In this document: positions 54,265 to 64,000 of the stretch, in pieces | Layout of the letters: the number at the start of each line of letters is the position of its first letter | Numbering within the stretch: the stretch's first letter is position 1 | Source of the DNA: an uncultured Phycisphaerales bacterium | GTDB lineage: Bacteria; Planctomycetota; Phycisphaerae; Tepidisphaerales; Tepidisphaeraceae | Direction: 5' to 3' | Assembly (NCBI GenBank): GCA_963755915.1 | Contig: CAVWLP010000002.1 | Coordinates: forward strand, 1,728,001-1,792,000 | Length of the DNA: 64,000 nt | Notes under the pieces: generated by a model | The model's input: only the letters and a program-made list of their open reading frames with translations | Database searches by the model: none | Told to the model about the DNA's origin: nothing | Program-made: the position numbers and the translations under genes

Positions 54265-55930
54265 GATACTTTTGCCTCAATCGCAGTGGTCTTTTTCTTT
54301 TTGGCTTTTGCAAACATCGCCCAGCCGGCCATCGCCGCCGTGGCACCTACGCAGACAAACGCAAACAGATCGCCGAACTGCGTGTAAAAGCTCAGCCGGC
54401 TGTCGATCATGATCTGCCCGGTCGTTGTTCCCTCGGTTCTCACCGGAAGCAGATCGCTCACGTGCCCGACGGAATCGATAAACCCGCTGATGCCGGTATT
54501 CACCGACCGCGCCATCCATGCCCGGTTCTCGATGCTTCGCAGGATGGCGGCCTGAAAGTGCTGCGGGTTTTCATTGGCCCTGAACCATCCGTCGTTGGTC
54601 AGGTTCACCAGGAAATCGGCGCGCTTCCCGCCCCCGTCCGTGGGCCGGAACATCGCGCAGCAGATTCGCGCGTCGATATCCTCGAAACAGATCGGCGTCA
54701 CAAAACGCCAGTCGTGATCGTCGTCCTTCAAGTGAAACACGGTAAAAACGTCTCCCGGTTGCATAATATAATCGGAGTAATAGTTCGGCCCCAGTTCCAC
54801 CGACAGGCGATAGAGCCAGGGCATCGACTCTTTGCCGGGAATGAACTCGCCCCAGGGGACGAGGTGAATCTTGTCGTACCGAAACCCCAGGGCGTCGTTC
54901 ATGTGGCCGGTCTTGTCGAAGAGATACGCGGAATTGCGCCGGTCTTCGGGAACGCGATAGGTCTCCGTGCCGCGCACTTCGTCCCGCCAGTTGCCCCAGT
55001 AATCGCCGCCGGTGAGGACCGCCACATGATATCTCGCGGCCAGGGCGCTGATGATGTCATAGACGTCGCGGAATCGATCGTCTTCCATCCGCGCCTGCAC
55101 GTTGAGGGCTTCCATCATGGTTTCGGACCAGACGATCAGGTCGATCTTCCCCTGCGTTTTCTGCAGCGCCGCGATCGATTGATCGACATGAAACTGAAGC
55201 CGCTGGTCAATTTCCGCGCCCTTTTCGCCGCTGTTGCTCTGGGGATAGTTGGACTGGACCAGGGCAAGCGTTGGGCCGGTCGTGAGATAGTGCGGCGTCT
55301 GCTGGATGCGGAAGAAGCCGTACGCCAGGATCATGATGGTCAGGACCGCCGTGGTGATCGCCGCGGGAAGGATGGTGCGGAGTCGTTCCCGATGCATCCA
55401 CGCCATCGCCACCAGCGAGTTCACCATCACCACCCAAAAGGTGATGCCATACGATCCCGTGAGGTCCGCGATCTGGCACACGGGCAGAAAAGGAGTTTGT
55501 GTGTATCCGAGAAAGAGCCAGGGCAGGCCGGTGAAGATGATTCCCCGCGCCACTCGAAGGCCGTCCAGACCGCCGCGATTCCCAGGATGCCGGCAAGAAC
55601 ATTGATGCGCAGCAGCCCCGCGCCGCGGATGATTAGGGCCGCATATCCCCAGAATGAGCCGCAGAAAATCAGCAGGGCGAACATCCCGGGCCAACTGATG
55701 TTGGCCATCCACCACATGTTGGCGACGAAAAAAGCCGTCCCGGCGATCCAACTGATGAAAAACACCCGCTTCTGCGATTTGGTTTCGCCCAGAAATATGA
55801 GCCACGGCGCAAGCCCGATCCACGCGAAATAAAACTGCGAGGTCGGCGCGAAGGCCAGCGTGAGCATCCCCACGCTCAGCCCCAGCAAAACGATGATGCG
55901 AACAATGCGCCCCGTTCGGTTGACCGCCAT
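54261..55930 (-). CDS. lnt: Apolipoprotein N-acyltransferase (frameshift near 55547)
   Basis: TGLPWLFLGYTQ, IVWSET, YDKIHLVPWGEFIP, ICFED, NLTNDGWF, RSVNTGISG. Confidence 0.95.
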
Positions 55931-55985
55931 TGCACCCAATGCTGCAAGCCGCGAAGGGCCGCGTCAAGCGCGCCGGTGCAAGCGC

Positions 55986-56017
55986 AAAAAAACCGCGGGA
56001 ACTTTTCGCTCCCGCGG
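55986..56017 (-). terminator. Intrinsic terminator downstream of the PEP-CTERM-like gene
   Basis: ccgcggga/tcccgcgg stem followed by T7 on the minus strand. Confidence 0.75.
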
Positions 56018-56044
56018 GCAATTTTTTCGCATGGGGGATCGCGT

Positions 56045-56935
56045 TTAAGCCGTCTGCTTGCGCATCCGGCGAACCGCGGCGATTCCGCCCAGGCCCAGCA
56101 GCACCGCCATGCTGCTATACGCCGAACTCGGCAGCGGCACCGCGGGCGGCGACCCGCCCGACGTCGCGCCGGTCACCGATTCGGGAATGCTCACCTGGTA
56201 CGAGCCGCCCGCATCGATCGAGCCGTCCCATTCGAAGGTGAATCCCACGTTGGCGACAAACGGCCCAGTCGAAGAGTTGCTCTCGGAACCGACCGTCCCG
56301 GCGGTGAAGGAATTGGGCGTCGTATCGGGAGTGATCATCACCGTCGTGCCCAGTGAATTCGTGTAGGTCGCCGTGTTCGGCGAAACCGACGGACTCAGGG
56401 TCAAGGTGTTCGTGTCGAGGGAATCGAGCGTGACGTTGCTGACTTCCACGAGCCGGAATGTGAGCGGGCTGATGGGAACGATATTCGAAGTGACGACTGC
56501 CGGAATTTCCTCGGTGTTGTTGATGGTGATCTGATCGACCAGTGCGGACGTGCCGCTGCCGGGCGTCCCGCCGGTGAGCGTGGTGTCGACCGTGAGCGTG
56601 AATCCATCGCCTTCGTAAACCGTAGTCGCCAGGCCGCCGACGGCGAAGGGCGTGCCCGAAACAGTCAGCGTGTTTATCGACTGGAGCGCACCCCCGTCGA
56701 TCGAGATCTGGAGATCCTCACTGCCGGCGGGCGTTCCGCCGTACTGATCGACCCCATCGACTGTCCAGCTTGTGATGAACGGATTCGGTCCGCTGGTGTT
56801 AATCGTCAGGTTGGAATTTCCGCTGGAAAGAGTTTCTGCATGGGCCGCGGGCGAAATGTTCAATCCCGCTGCCAGCACCGCGGCTGCCGCGATGGACAGT
56901 CCGCAATATCCCCTGCTCTTTTTACGACGAAACAT
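56045..56935 (-). CDS. Secreted Ser/Thr-rich protein with VPLP (PEP-CTERM-like) sorting signal
   Basis: aaggag SD, signal peptide ending AHA, C-terminal AVPLPSS + TM + RRMRK. Confidence 0.88.
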   Translation of the reverse strand: MFRRKKSRGYCGLSIAAAAVLAAGLNISPAAHAETLSSGNSNLTINTSGPNPFITSWTVDGVDQYGGTPAGSEDLQISIDGGALQSINTLTVSGTPFAVGGLATTVYEGDGFTLTVDTTLTGGTPGSGTSALVDQITINNTEEIPAVVTSNIVPISPLTFRLVEVSNVTLDSLDTNTLTLSPSVSPNTATYTNSLGTTVMITPDTTPNSFTAGTVGSESNSSTGPFVANVGFTFEWDGSIDAGGSYQVSIPESVTGATSGGSPPAVPLPSSAYSSMAVLLGLGGIAAVRRMRKQTA

Positions 56936-57134
56936 TTTCTTCTCCTTATTGACCCGAAATGTTAGCCTTCGCAATCGGCTACCCGTCCCACCCTGGCGAT
57001 GGTGGTTCAATGCTACCCCATGCCCCCTCCGAAGCAATGCGATTTTTAAGCCCTCGACAGGCCTTGGGCATGCAGGGGCGTGAAGATGGGTAGCCTGAGT
57101 GGTTTATGGGTCTATCTAAGGGATTTTCGGAAGG

Positions 57135-60000
57135 TTATGGATGCAAGCCCGGTGAGCTTAAATCCTGCAAATACAGGAGCCCCATGAGGCTCTCATCCTG
57201 ATCGAAATCGATGGGCCCGGCCCAGCTTGCAGACTCGCCGGTTTCGTTGCGGTGCTGGATAAAGTTGAACTTCATGATCCGCGGATGCCCAGGCGAATCG
57301 TTGAGCAGCAGCTTCCAGGGGATGGCGACTTCACCCGTCCAGGCAGTTTGCTGCGGGTCGGCGGCGTAACGCACGGTTGTGCCATCCGTTTCCCGCCAGG
57401 GGTCGGCGTTGGTGCGCGGGTCGAGCCGCCGCCGTACCACGCACACGCCGTTGGGTTTGCACGCGAGGTAGGTCAGCGGGCCGGGGGTGTTGTCGTCAAA
57501 GATCGGCTGAATGAGCATCTCGCACAAATCCTCGCCCCAGGCCCGGCGGAATTCGTAGTTGACGAAATTCTGGTGCAGCTGCTGCTCGGGCGAAACGCCG
57601 TTGACTGCGAAGGCGACGTAAAAATTGTCCTCGCTCCAGGCGGTGAAGATCTGGGAAGTGGTTGCCGCCGGCGTGATGCGCCAGTGCTGGATCGAGGTGC
57701 GATCGACCATTTTGGTCAGGGGAGCGTCGTTGATGAGGTCATCCGCCGACCAGTCTTCGAGCTTGCCGTCGATGTGAAGGTTTCCCTCCCGGCGGGCGCT
57801 GGCCGCCACAGGGGTCATCACCTGCGCGGAGAAGGAATCGTGCGTGTACCCATCGAGGAAAGTGATCTCCAGCGGCTTGCGCGTTTGAGCATCGATGCGG
57901 TTGAGGTTGACGCGGGCGTTCATCTCGAAACGCTGGACGGCGTACGTGTGGAGCGCCCCGATGATCTGCGGCTCGGGCCGGAATTCCCAGCCATCGCCTG
58001 CAGCGGTCCATTGCAGCTGGTTGTCCTCCGGGCGGTTGTCGCCGGCGTTGTAGATATCCACGCCGAGGCGGAGGAAGGCCCATTTATCGCCGTTGGACCG
58101 GTTGGGATCGTCCCACATCCATTGGGCGGTTCGCGGGAGAATGTAGGGCCGCTCCTTGGGGGCCTGCCAGCGGATCATGTCGAGGTTGAGGCGCTGCTCT
58201 GATTTTTCGACGGAGGGGTCGTCCGGGAGAGATTCAGGCGGCCGCGCCAGGATCGACCGCGCGAGAAGCTGCCGGGCGTCGTCCCAGGTTGCCTGATCGA
58301 TGGTTCCGCTGAGCAGGCCGTATTCCGCATCGGGGGACTGCGTGGGCTGCAACTCGACCTGGCGGGTGAGGAGGCGGGCGAGGAGAAATCCGTTCGTGCG
58401 CATGCCACGCTCTTCGGCGAGAAGGAGATATTCGAAATCTTCCTCGGCTCGGCGCAACCATTTGAGCTGGATGCTGGGGACCGGACCATCGACGCCGAAC
58501 CAGCTTCCCGGATAAAACCAGGTGAGCTTTCCGGGATTTGCGGGCTGCGATGGATCGTCCTGATCGGGAAGCGCGCCGGCCCAGTAAACCAGGTCGGCGC
58601 GGCGGAGATAGGCGAGCCACGCCCAGAGCCGGACGTCGCGCTGGTCCATTCCCGCGCCAATGTAGGGGACGAGCCCCTGGGCTTCGGTGTCGAGCCAATA
58701 TTCCGGCGGCCGCACGTCGCTGGGCCAGCTTTGCGCCGCAGGTCCAAAGACTAAACCGGGTGCGAGCGCCGCGATTCGGCTTGCCATTTCGGGAGCGAGG
58801 GCCATTGGAAAAGATGAGGAGGCGAATTGAACCTGGCTGTCCTCCAGGGGCAAAATCGCCCGCAGCAGCGGATGGGCTTCGAGGATCGATCTTGCCAGCA
58901 TCGAATATTGGATGCTTTCCATCGCGCCTGGCGCGAGCGGAATTGCGCTTAAAGAGGGTCACCGCGGAATGCTCCAGCCAGTCCTGGCCGTTGAAATGCG
59001 TCGCGGCGTTGGACCAGTATTCGCGCTGGCTGGCCGGATCGTAATTATCGATAAAATCGGCGCGGGGCAGCGGCCAGAAACCGAGCGGAGTCTTGTCGGC
59101 GAAGCCATCGCCATTGAGCCAGGGCGAAACGACCGTGTCGAAATCCGACCAATCCACCGCGGGGCGATCGGCGGCGAGCCATTTCACCGTCGGCTGAAGC
59201 CGGGGAACCACGACCTCCACGCGATTCGCCTGGGCGAGCCCGACCAGTTGATCGAGCACCGAGATCGCCGCGGTATATTTATCTTCGCCGCGATTCATCA
59301 GCCGCGGCGTGATCGCCTCAAACGCGTCGGGATAAAGCGACTCGAGCCGGTCCCAATCCAGCTCGCTGACCATCAGCAGGTGCGGATTTTCGGGAATCGC
59401 GAAGTCGTAGACATGCAGCGTGCCCACCAGTGTTGCCGCCGGCGCGGCCAGGCCGTCGGCCGTGACCTGGCACTGAACCGCGTAATCCCCCGCTTTCGTA
59501 TTCTCAGGCACGTGCAGGTCGATCCAGATGATCGGGTAGCCGGGCGAGTGACTCGTACGCAGCGATCTCAGGTCGATCTCACCGTTATCGCAGCGCATCG
59601 GCAGAAGCGCACGCGGCAGTTCGCGCTCGCTGGCGGGCAAGCCGGTTTGTCTAAGATAGCCGGCGCGGTTGGTATCGACCGGCATCGGTAGCGCCTGGTA
59701 GGCGCTGACGCTCTCCGCGGAAATCGCCGGCAAGAAATTAACGCGAAGTTTCCATTGCAGGCCCTGCGGCAAATCGCCCACCTGCAGCGCGAGGCTCGTC
59801 CACTCATTTTTCGCGGCGGAAATTCCGATTTGCTGATCGGCTGCAATCGGCAGCATCGAATCGTTTACATCGATGAGGTTCAGGGTGATGGGCGTTGTGA
59901 TCGTTAGATTTTGCCGCGGCAAATTCTGCCGGCATCCTGACTCGACGCCCATGAAAATTACCACGGCGCAAAGGAATGTCGTTTTTGCAAACAGAGACAT
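57135..60000 (-). CDS. Large putative lipoprotein, DUF4091/glycoside hydrolase-like with CBM9-like C-terminus (frameshift near 58930)
   Basis: SGC signal; AAKNEW; WFYPG...PSIQLKWLRRAEEDFEYL; IDGKLEDW...WTGEVAIPW. Confidence 0.7.
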
Positions 60001-60163
60001 AATAAGGTGCGTAGTTGGTGTGCACTTCCGGGAGCTTTGCCACATCTTTCGCCGATTACGCATGTAAGCGGGTTGATCCGTGCCGGGGCCGAAAAGCTGC
60101 AAAATCGGCCCTGCGGTCCCAAAAACTCGGCGAACGGGAATGATTCTCTCCAAAATCGAAGTG

Positions 60164-60178
60164 TGGCACAACATTTGT
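60164..60178 (+). promoter_or_regulatory. Sigma54-like -24/-12 promoter
   Basis: TGGCAC-AACAT-TTGT, one mismatch at -12 to TGGCAC-N5-TTGC. Confidence 0.45.
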
Positions 60179-60189
60179 TCTACTAGTCC

Positions 60190-60350
60190 ACCGAAGGAAC
60201 GGAGATATGAAGTATTACAGGGATGTCAGGACGGTTGACAATACAACGGCGAGGTCTGGGGAGACCTGAGACCTCGCCACTTAAGCCTCGTTTCCTCCTC
60301 CGCCAGGCCGCACGGCTCTAACCCTCCGCCGTGCGGCCTATTTTATTTTT
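60190..60350 (+). ncRNA. Candidate CsrA/RsmA-binding small RNA
   Basis: Several GGA stem-loops including TTACAGGGATGT; upstream promoter-like site; plus-strand terminator although both flanking genes are on the minus strand. Confidence 0.55.
60305..60350 (+). terminator. Intrinsic terminator (plus strand)
   Basis: aggccgcacggc/gccgtgcggcct 12-bp stem followed by attttattttt. Confidence 0.75.
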
Positions 60351-61376
60351 CACTCCAGTTATTCACGGTGCACTCGATAACTGCATCGGGACAGGACCAG
60401 ACCAGGAAGAACATCGCCTCGCGCGCGAGCGCTGGGCGGGATGGTCGAGCAGAAGCCCGGAGCCTTTGTAGAGCGCAACCGCCGATTGCGTCATTCGCAC
60501 GGCCAGGTCGTGGCAGGAGGCGCGAAGCCGCGGGGCGTTTTCCGCGGCTTCGGAATCGCGATTATTTTGGCACAGTTCCAGGACCTCGCCGCGAATCTGC
60601 GATAGCTGCCGGGCAAATTTCTCGGCGAGCGAACAAGCGCGATCGGATTTTTCGTCTTGAATTAATTCGAGCGCCCCTTTGCAAAGCCCAAACGCCAGAA
60701 ATATCTGCCCCAGTGGCAGGCCCTTGGAAGAGCCGCTCATCACCTTTTCTACGGGCCCGCGCAAAAGCCATCGCCGATCGAGCCGTGCGTTGGTGATTTC
60801 AATCTGCGAGGTCCAGCTCGATCGCAGGGCCACCAGCTCCAGCGGCGGACGAACGGAAACGCCGCTCAAATCCGTGGGCAGGACGAAAAGAATCTGTTGG
60901 CCATCCTCCGTGACGGCTCCAGCCACGATATATTTCGCGATGGCCGCCCCCGTGCTCCAGGGAATCATTCCCTCAAGACGATATCCATCGCCCTCGGCAA
61001 TCGCCTGCAGGCCGCGCTGGCGGCTGGTGGTGAGCTGGGCGATCCCGATCGTCGCAAAGAATTCTCCCCGCGCCATTTGCGGCAAAAGCTCATCGCGCAG
61101 GGGGGAATTTTCGCTGCCATCGATCAGGCCGACGGCCGAGTCGCGCTGGGAGACGACCAGGGCCGTCGAAACCGAAGCCGAGGCGATCGCCTCGTAGCGC
61201 AGGTGCAATTCCAGCGGCTCGATTCCGTCTCCGCCAAATCGCTGCGGTACGAACCACTTGGGCCAGCCGATTTTCGAGAGTTCGCGTAAATCTTCTTCGG
61301 GCCAGCGGCCCCCGCAGTCCAGCTCCGTCGCGCGGCCGCGAATCTGTGCCAGCGTTTGGTCCAGTTGCAGCATCAT
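60343..61376 (-). CDS. Acyl-CoA dehydrogenase family protein (frameshift near 60425)
   Basis: WFVPQRFGG, FATIGIAQL, YRLEGMIPWSTGA, HPAQR..REAMFFLVWS; restored stop at 60343. Confidence 0.88.
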
Positions 61377-61663
61377 CAATTTCCGTTTCGCAAGCGGCCC
61401 AGCGGATCGCGCAAATATCGCCGCTGGCAGTTTGGGCAGATGCGATATTCAAATCGCCGGTGAACCTGGTCCTGAAGCTCCTGGGCCGTCATGTTCTCCA
61501 TTTCCTTCAGCAGATCGTCGATCTCGGCGTCAAAATCGGTGGCTTTCAATTCCGCTTCGCTCATCTCCGGCACGGCCGGGTCGGCAAATACGTCGATGCG
61601 CACAACGTAATGCCCGGCAGGGGAGAGTTCGCGGCCGCAGAGTTCACAGGTCGGGGGGGCCAT
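61376..61663 (-). CDS. Small putative zinc-binding protein
   Basis: CELCG...ICPNC; TGATG coupling to the downstream gene. Confidence 0.8.
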   Translation of the reverse strand: MAPPTCELCGRELSPAGHYVVRIDVFADPAVPEMSEAELKATDFDAEIDDLLKEMENMTAQELQDQVHRRFEYRICPNCQRRYLRDPLGRLRNGN

Positions 61664-61755
61664 CGGGTGCGATTATACGCATTGCACGCACTACCGGGGG
61701 CGGGGGAAAAGAGGGGTCACTTGATTCCCGATAAATTCCTGCCGATAATCCCTAC

Positions 61756-61883
61756 GACTATGACGAACCACCGTTTGTTTCGATTGATGGCCATGCGATT
61801 GGGATAGCCCGCTGGGGCCTTGGCGCCGAGCAGCCTATCCCCGTATGTATCCGTCCGTCGAATCAAACGGTGGTTCTTTTTTT
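61756..61883 (+). promoter_or_regulatory. Structured metG leader: uORF MTNHRLFRLMAMRLG, long hairpin and T7
   Basis: TTGATT-N17-GATAAT (61721-61749); uORF 61760-61807; stem 61765-61777/61864-61876; T7 at 61877-61883. Confidence 0.6.
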
Positions 61884-61901
61884 GTCGAATGAGATATTCC
61901 A

Positions 61902-63456
61902 ATGAATAAGACTTTTTACATCACGACTCCGATTTACTACCCCAATGGGGAGCCGCACCTGGGGCATGCGTACACGACCATCGCGGCCGATGTGCTGTCG
62001 CGATATCACCGCCTCGCGGGGGATGAGACGTTTTTCCTTACCGGGACGGACGAGCACGGAATCAAAATGGTTAAGACAGCGGCGGCGCAGAACATTGAGC
62101 CGCGCGTTCTGGCCGACCGGATGGTGGCCGCCTTCCAGGATTTCTGGAAGGAAATCCATATCACCAACGACGATTTCATCCGCACTACGCAGGATCGGCA
62201 CAAGCTTTCCGTGCAGGAGATCGTCCGCCGGCTTGTGAAGAACGAAGACATCTACCTCGGCAGCTATGAGGGGTGGTACGACGAGGGGCAGGAAGAATTC
62301 GTCACGGAGACCGAGGCGAAGTCTCATGACTATAAGTCGGTGATCAGCGGTCGCCCGCTGACGCGGTATTCGGAGAAGAGTTATTTCTTCCGGCTGAAGA
62401 AATACGTTCCGCGGGTGCGGAAATATATTCAGGACTATCCCGAGTTCATCCAGCCGGAGGCCCGGCGGAATGAGGTGCTGAGCAAGCTGACGGATGATGT
62501 GGAGGATCTGTCGATCAGCCGGGCGACGTTGAAGTGGGGGATTGAGCTGCCGCACGATCCAGATCACGTGGTTTATGTCTGGATCGATGCGCTGAGCAAC
62601 TACATCACCGCGCTGGGATATGCGTCTGCCGACGAATCGCTGTTCAAGAAATTCTGGCCGGCGGATGTGCATGTGATCGGGAAGGAAATCCTCTGGTTTC
62701 ACACGGTCTACTGGCCGGCGATGCTTTTTTCGCTGGACCTGCCGCTGCCGAAAAAGGTTTTTGCCCACGGGTGGTGGACGAGCGGCGGCAGGAAAATGAG
62801 CAAATCGCTGGGTAATTTCATCGACCTCACGAAATTGCGCGAGGTGATCCAGACCTATTCGCTGGATGCGCTGCGATATTATCTCCTGCGCGCCGCGCCT
62901 TTCGGGAGCGATCTGGACTGGACGGATGCGGATTTTCTCAAGGCGTTTAACGAGTTGAAGAACGTCGTGGGGAATTGCCTGAACCGTACGATCAAGATGA
63001 TCGACCGCTACCGCGCCGGCGTGCTGCCTGCGCCGGGCGATCTAGAGCAGATCGACCGCGACCTGCTTTCGCACGGGGACGATCTTCCCGCGCGGCTCGC
63101 GGCGGCGTATGACGGGGTTGATCTCCAGCAGTGTGCCGAGCTTCCCGTGCAGCTTGCCAGGCTTACCAACGGTTATATTGATGCCACCGAGCCGTTCAAG
63201 CTGGCCAAGGATTCCGCAAGCCAGGCGGCTGGACACGGTGCTGAATACGGCGGCGAAGTCGATTTATCGATGCTTGGTGGGATTGCTTCCGATCCTGCCG
63301 GAAAAGGCGGCCGAGGGATTGGGGCAGTTGAAAATTCCAATTGAGGGGAAGCCATTTGGGTGGCTCTACAACAATCCACCTGCCTCTGGCTCAAAGCTTG
63401 GCGAAGCCGTACCACTGTTTCCAAATGTCGTCCCGGGGCAGAAGGCCGGTGGATAA
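61902..63456 (+). CDS. metG: Methionine--tRNA ligase (frameshift near 63218)
   Basis: FYITTPIYYPNGEPHLGH, TGTDEHG, YVWIDAL, IGKEILWFH, KMSKSLGN. Confidence 0.97.
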
Positions 63457-63518
63457 TTTTTGCGCGGTCTGTCGCATCCAAACTGAACTCAACCACGTTC
63501 ACAGCCTCCGCCATGAGG

Positions 63519-63534
63519 CGGAACGGGAATTGCA
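63519..63534 (+). promoter_or_regulatory. Possible sigma54 promoter
   Basis: CGGAAC-GGGAA-TTGCA (GG-N10-GC) ahead of SD gaggtg and ATG 63561. Confidence 0.35.
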
Positions 63535-63560
63535 TCTCCCGATGGCAAAGGCGAGGTGCG

Positions 63561-64000
63561 ATGATGATCAACCTGGTGACCTCCGACGCGATTCGCCACG
63601 GAGTGCGAGGGCGTCGCTCAGTAATCGAGGAAAAAATCGTTCCAAGCGTGGGAACGGATTTATCCGTGCCCGCCCCATCCTTTTGGGGCTCGATCGCGGC
63701 CGGAACGATGGTGGTGCTGGGGATCGTCGCCCTGTCTGATATTCTGATGTTTTGCTCGCATGTGGGCGTCTACCGCGATGGGGCGGCGATGTGGATGATC
63801 ATCACCGCTTGTGTTGCGTATTACGCTGGCGGTTTGGTTGCCAGTCGATTGAGCTTGAATGGCACCTGGTTGCAGGGTGTTGTGCTGTGGGGGTTGAGCA
63901 TTCCGCTGTCTCTGCTGATCATCGCGGGCGTTACCGAGGCGGCGAAGATCGCGTTTGCCAATACCACCGAGATGACGGCGCAGATCATCCATAGCAGCGG
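63561..64000 (+). CDS. Membrane protein, 3' truncated by window (not in ORF track)
   Basis: Open frame from ATG 63561: SFWGSIAAGTMVVLG, AYYAGGLVASRL, QGVVLWGL. Confidence 0.75.
   Translation, partial: MMINLVTSDAIRHGVRGRRSVIEEKIVPSVGTDLSVPAPSFWGSIAAGTMVVLGIVALSDILMFCSHVGVYRDGAAMWMIITACVAYYAGGLVASRLSLNGTWLQGVVLWGLSIPLSLLIIAGVTEAAKIAFANTTEMTAQIIHSS

Noticed and set aside
56990-57060. Sigma54 promoter for the PEP-CTERM-like gene
   Set aside because: Only GG-N10-GC spacing with poor match to TGGCAC/TTGC
61765-61876. SRP RNA, T-box or SAM-I riboswitch
   Set aside because: GAGCAGCC is present but the GGAA tetraloop and CAGG motif are missing; no T-box or SAM-I core

Overview
High-GC bacterial chromosomal segment, by inference Planctomycetota (Phycisphaerae/Tepidisphaerales-like: CxxCGYDLRATPxRCPECG membrane proteins, GGAGLGKT AtpD, VPLP-type sorting signal, split nuo and atp operons). 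Most of it is housekeeping and envelope genes: truB, a GT3-like glycogen synthase, two ALG6/ALG8-like GT-C proteins, a DegT aminotransferase, msrPQ, nuoJKLMN, valS, trpG, atpD, lnt and metG. There are two complete IS elements (IS3 and IS4 families, both with IRs and target duplications) and many REP-like and heptamer-repeat palindromes. About 20 genes carry single frameshifts, nearly all at GCGC, which look like long-read errors at a modified motif rather than real pseudogenes. Best candidates for new biology: (1) a low-skew island encoding a beta-class DNA methyltransferase fused to two copies of an unrecognised ~60-aa domain plus a degenerate GIY-YIG nuclease, coupled to a paralog with the same domain pair and an intact GIY-YIG; (2) a CsrB/RsmZ-like sRNA candidate at ~60.19-60.35 kb; (3) a Met-codon leader peptide with a long hairpin ahead of metG; (4) REP elements translated in-frame inside ValRS. 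No CRISPR array, rRNA or tRNA was recognised. All family calls were made by eye from motifs, without database searches.
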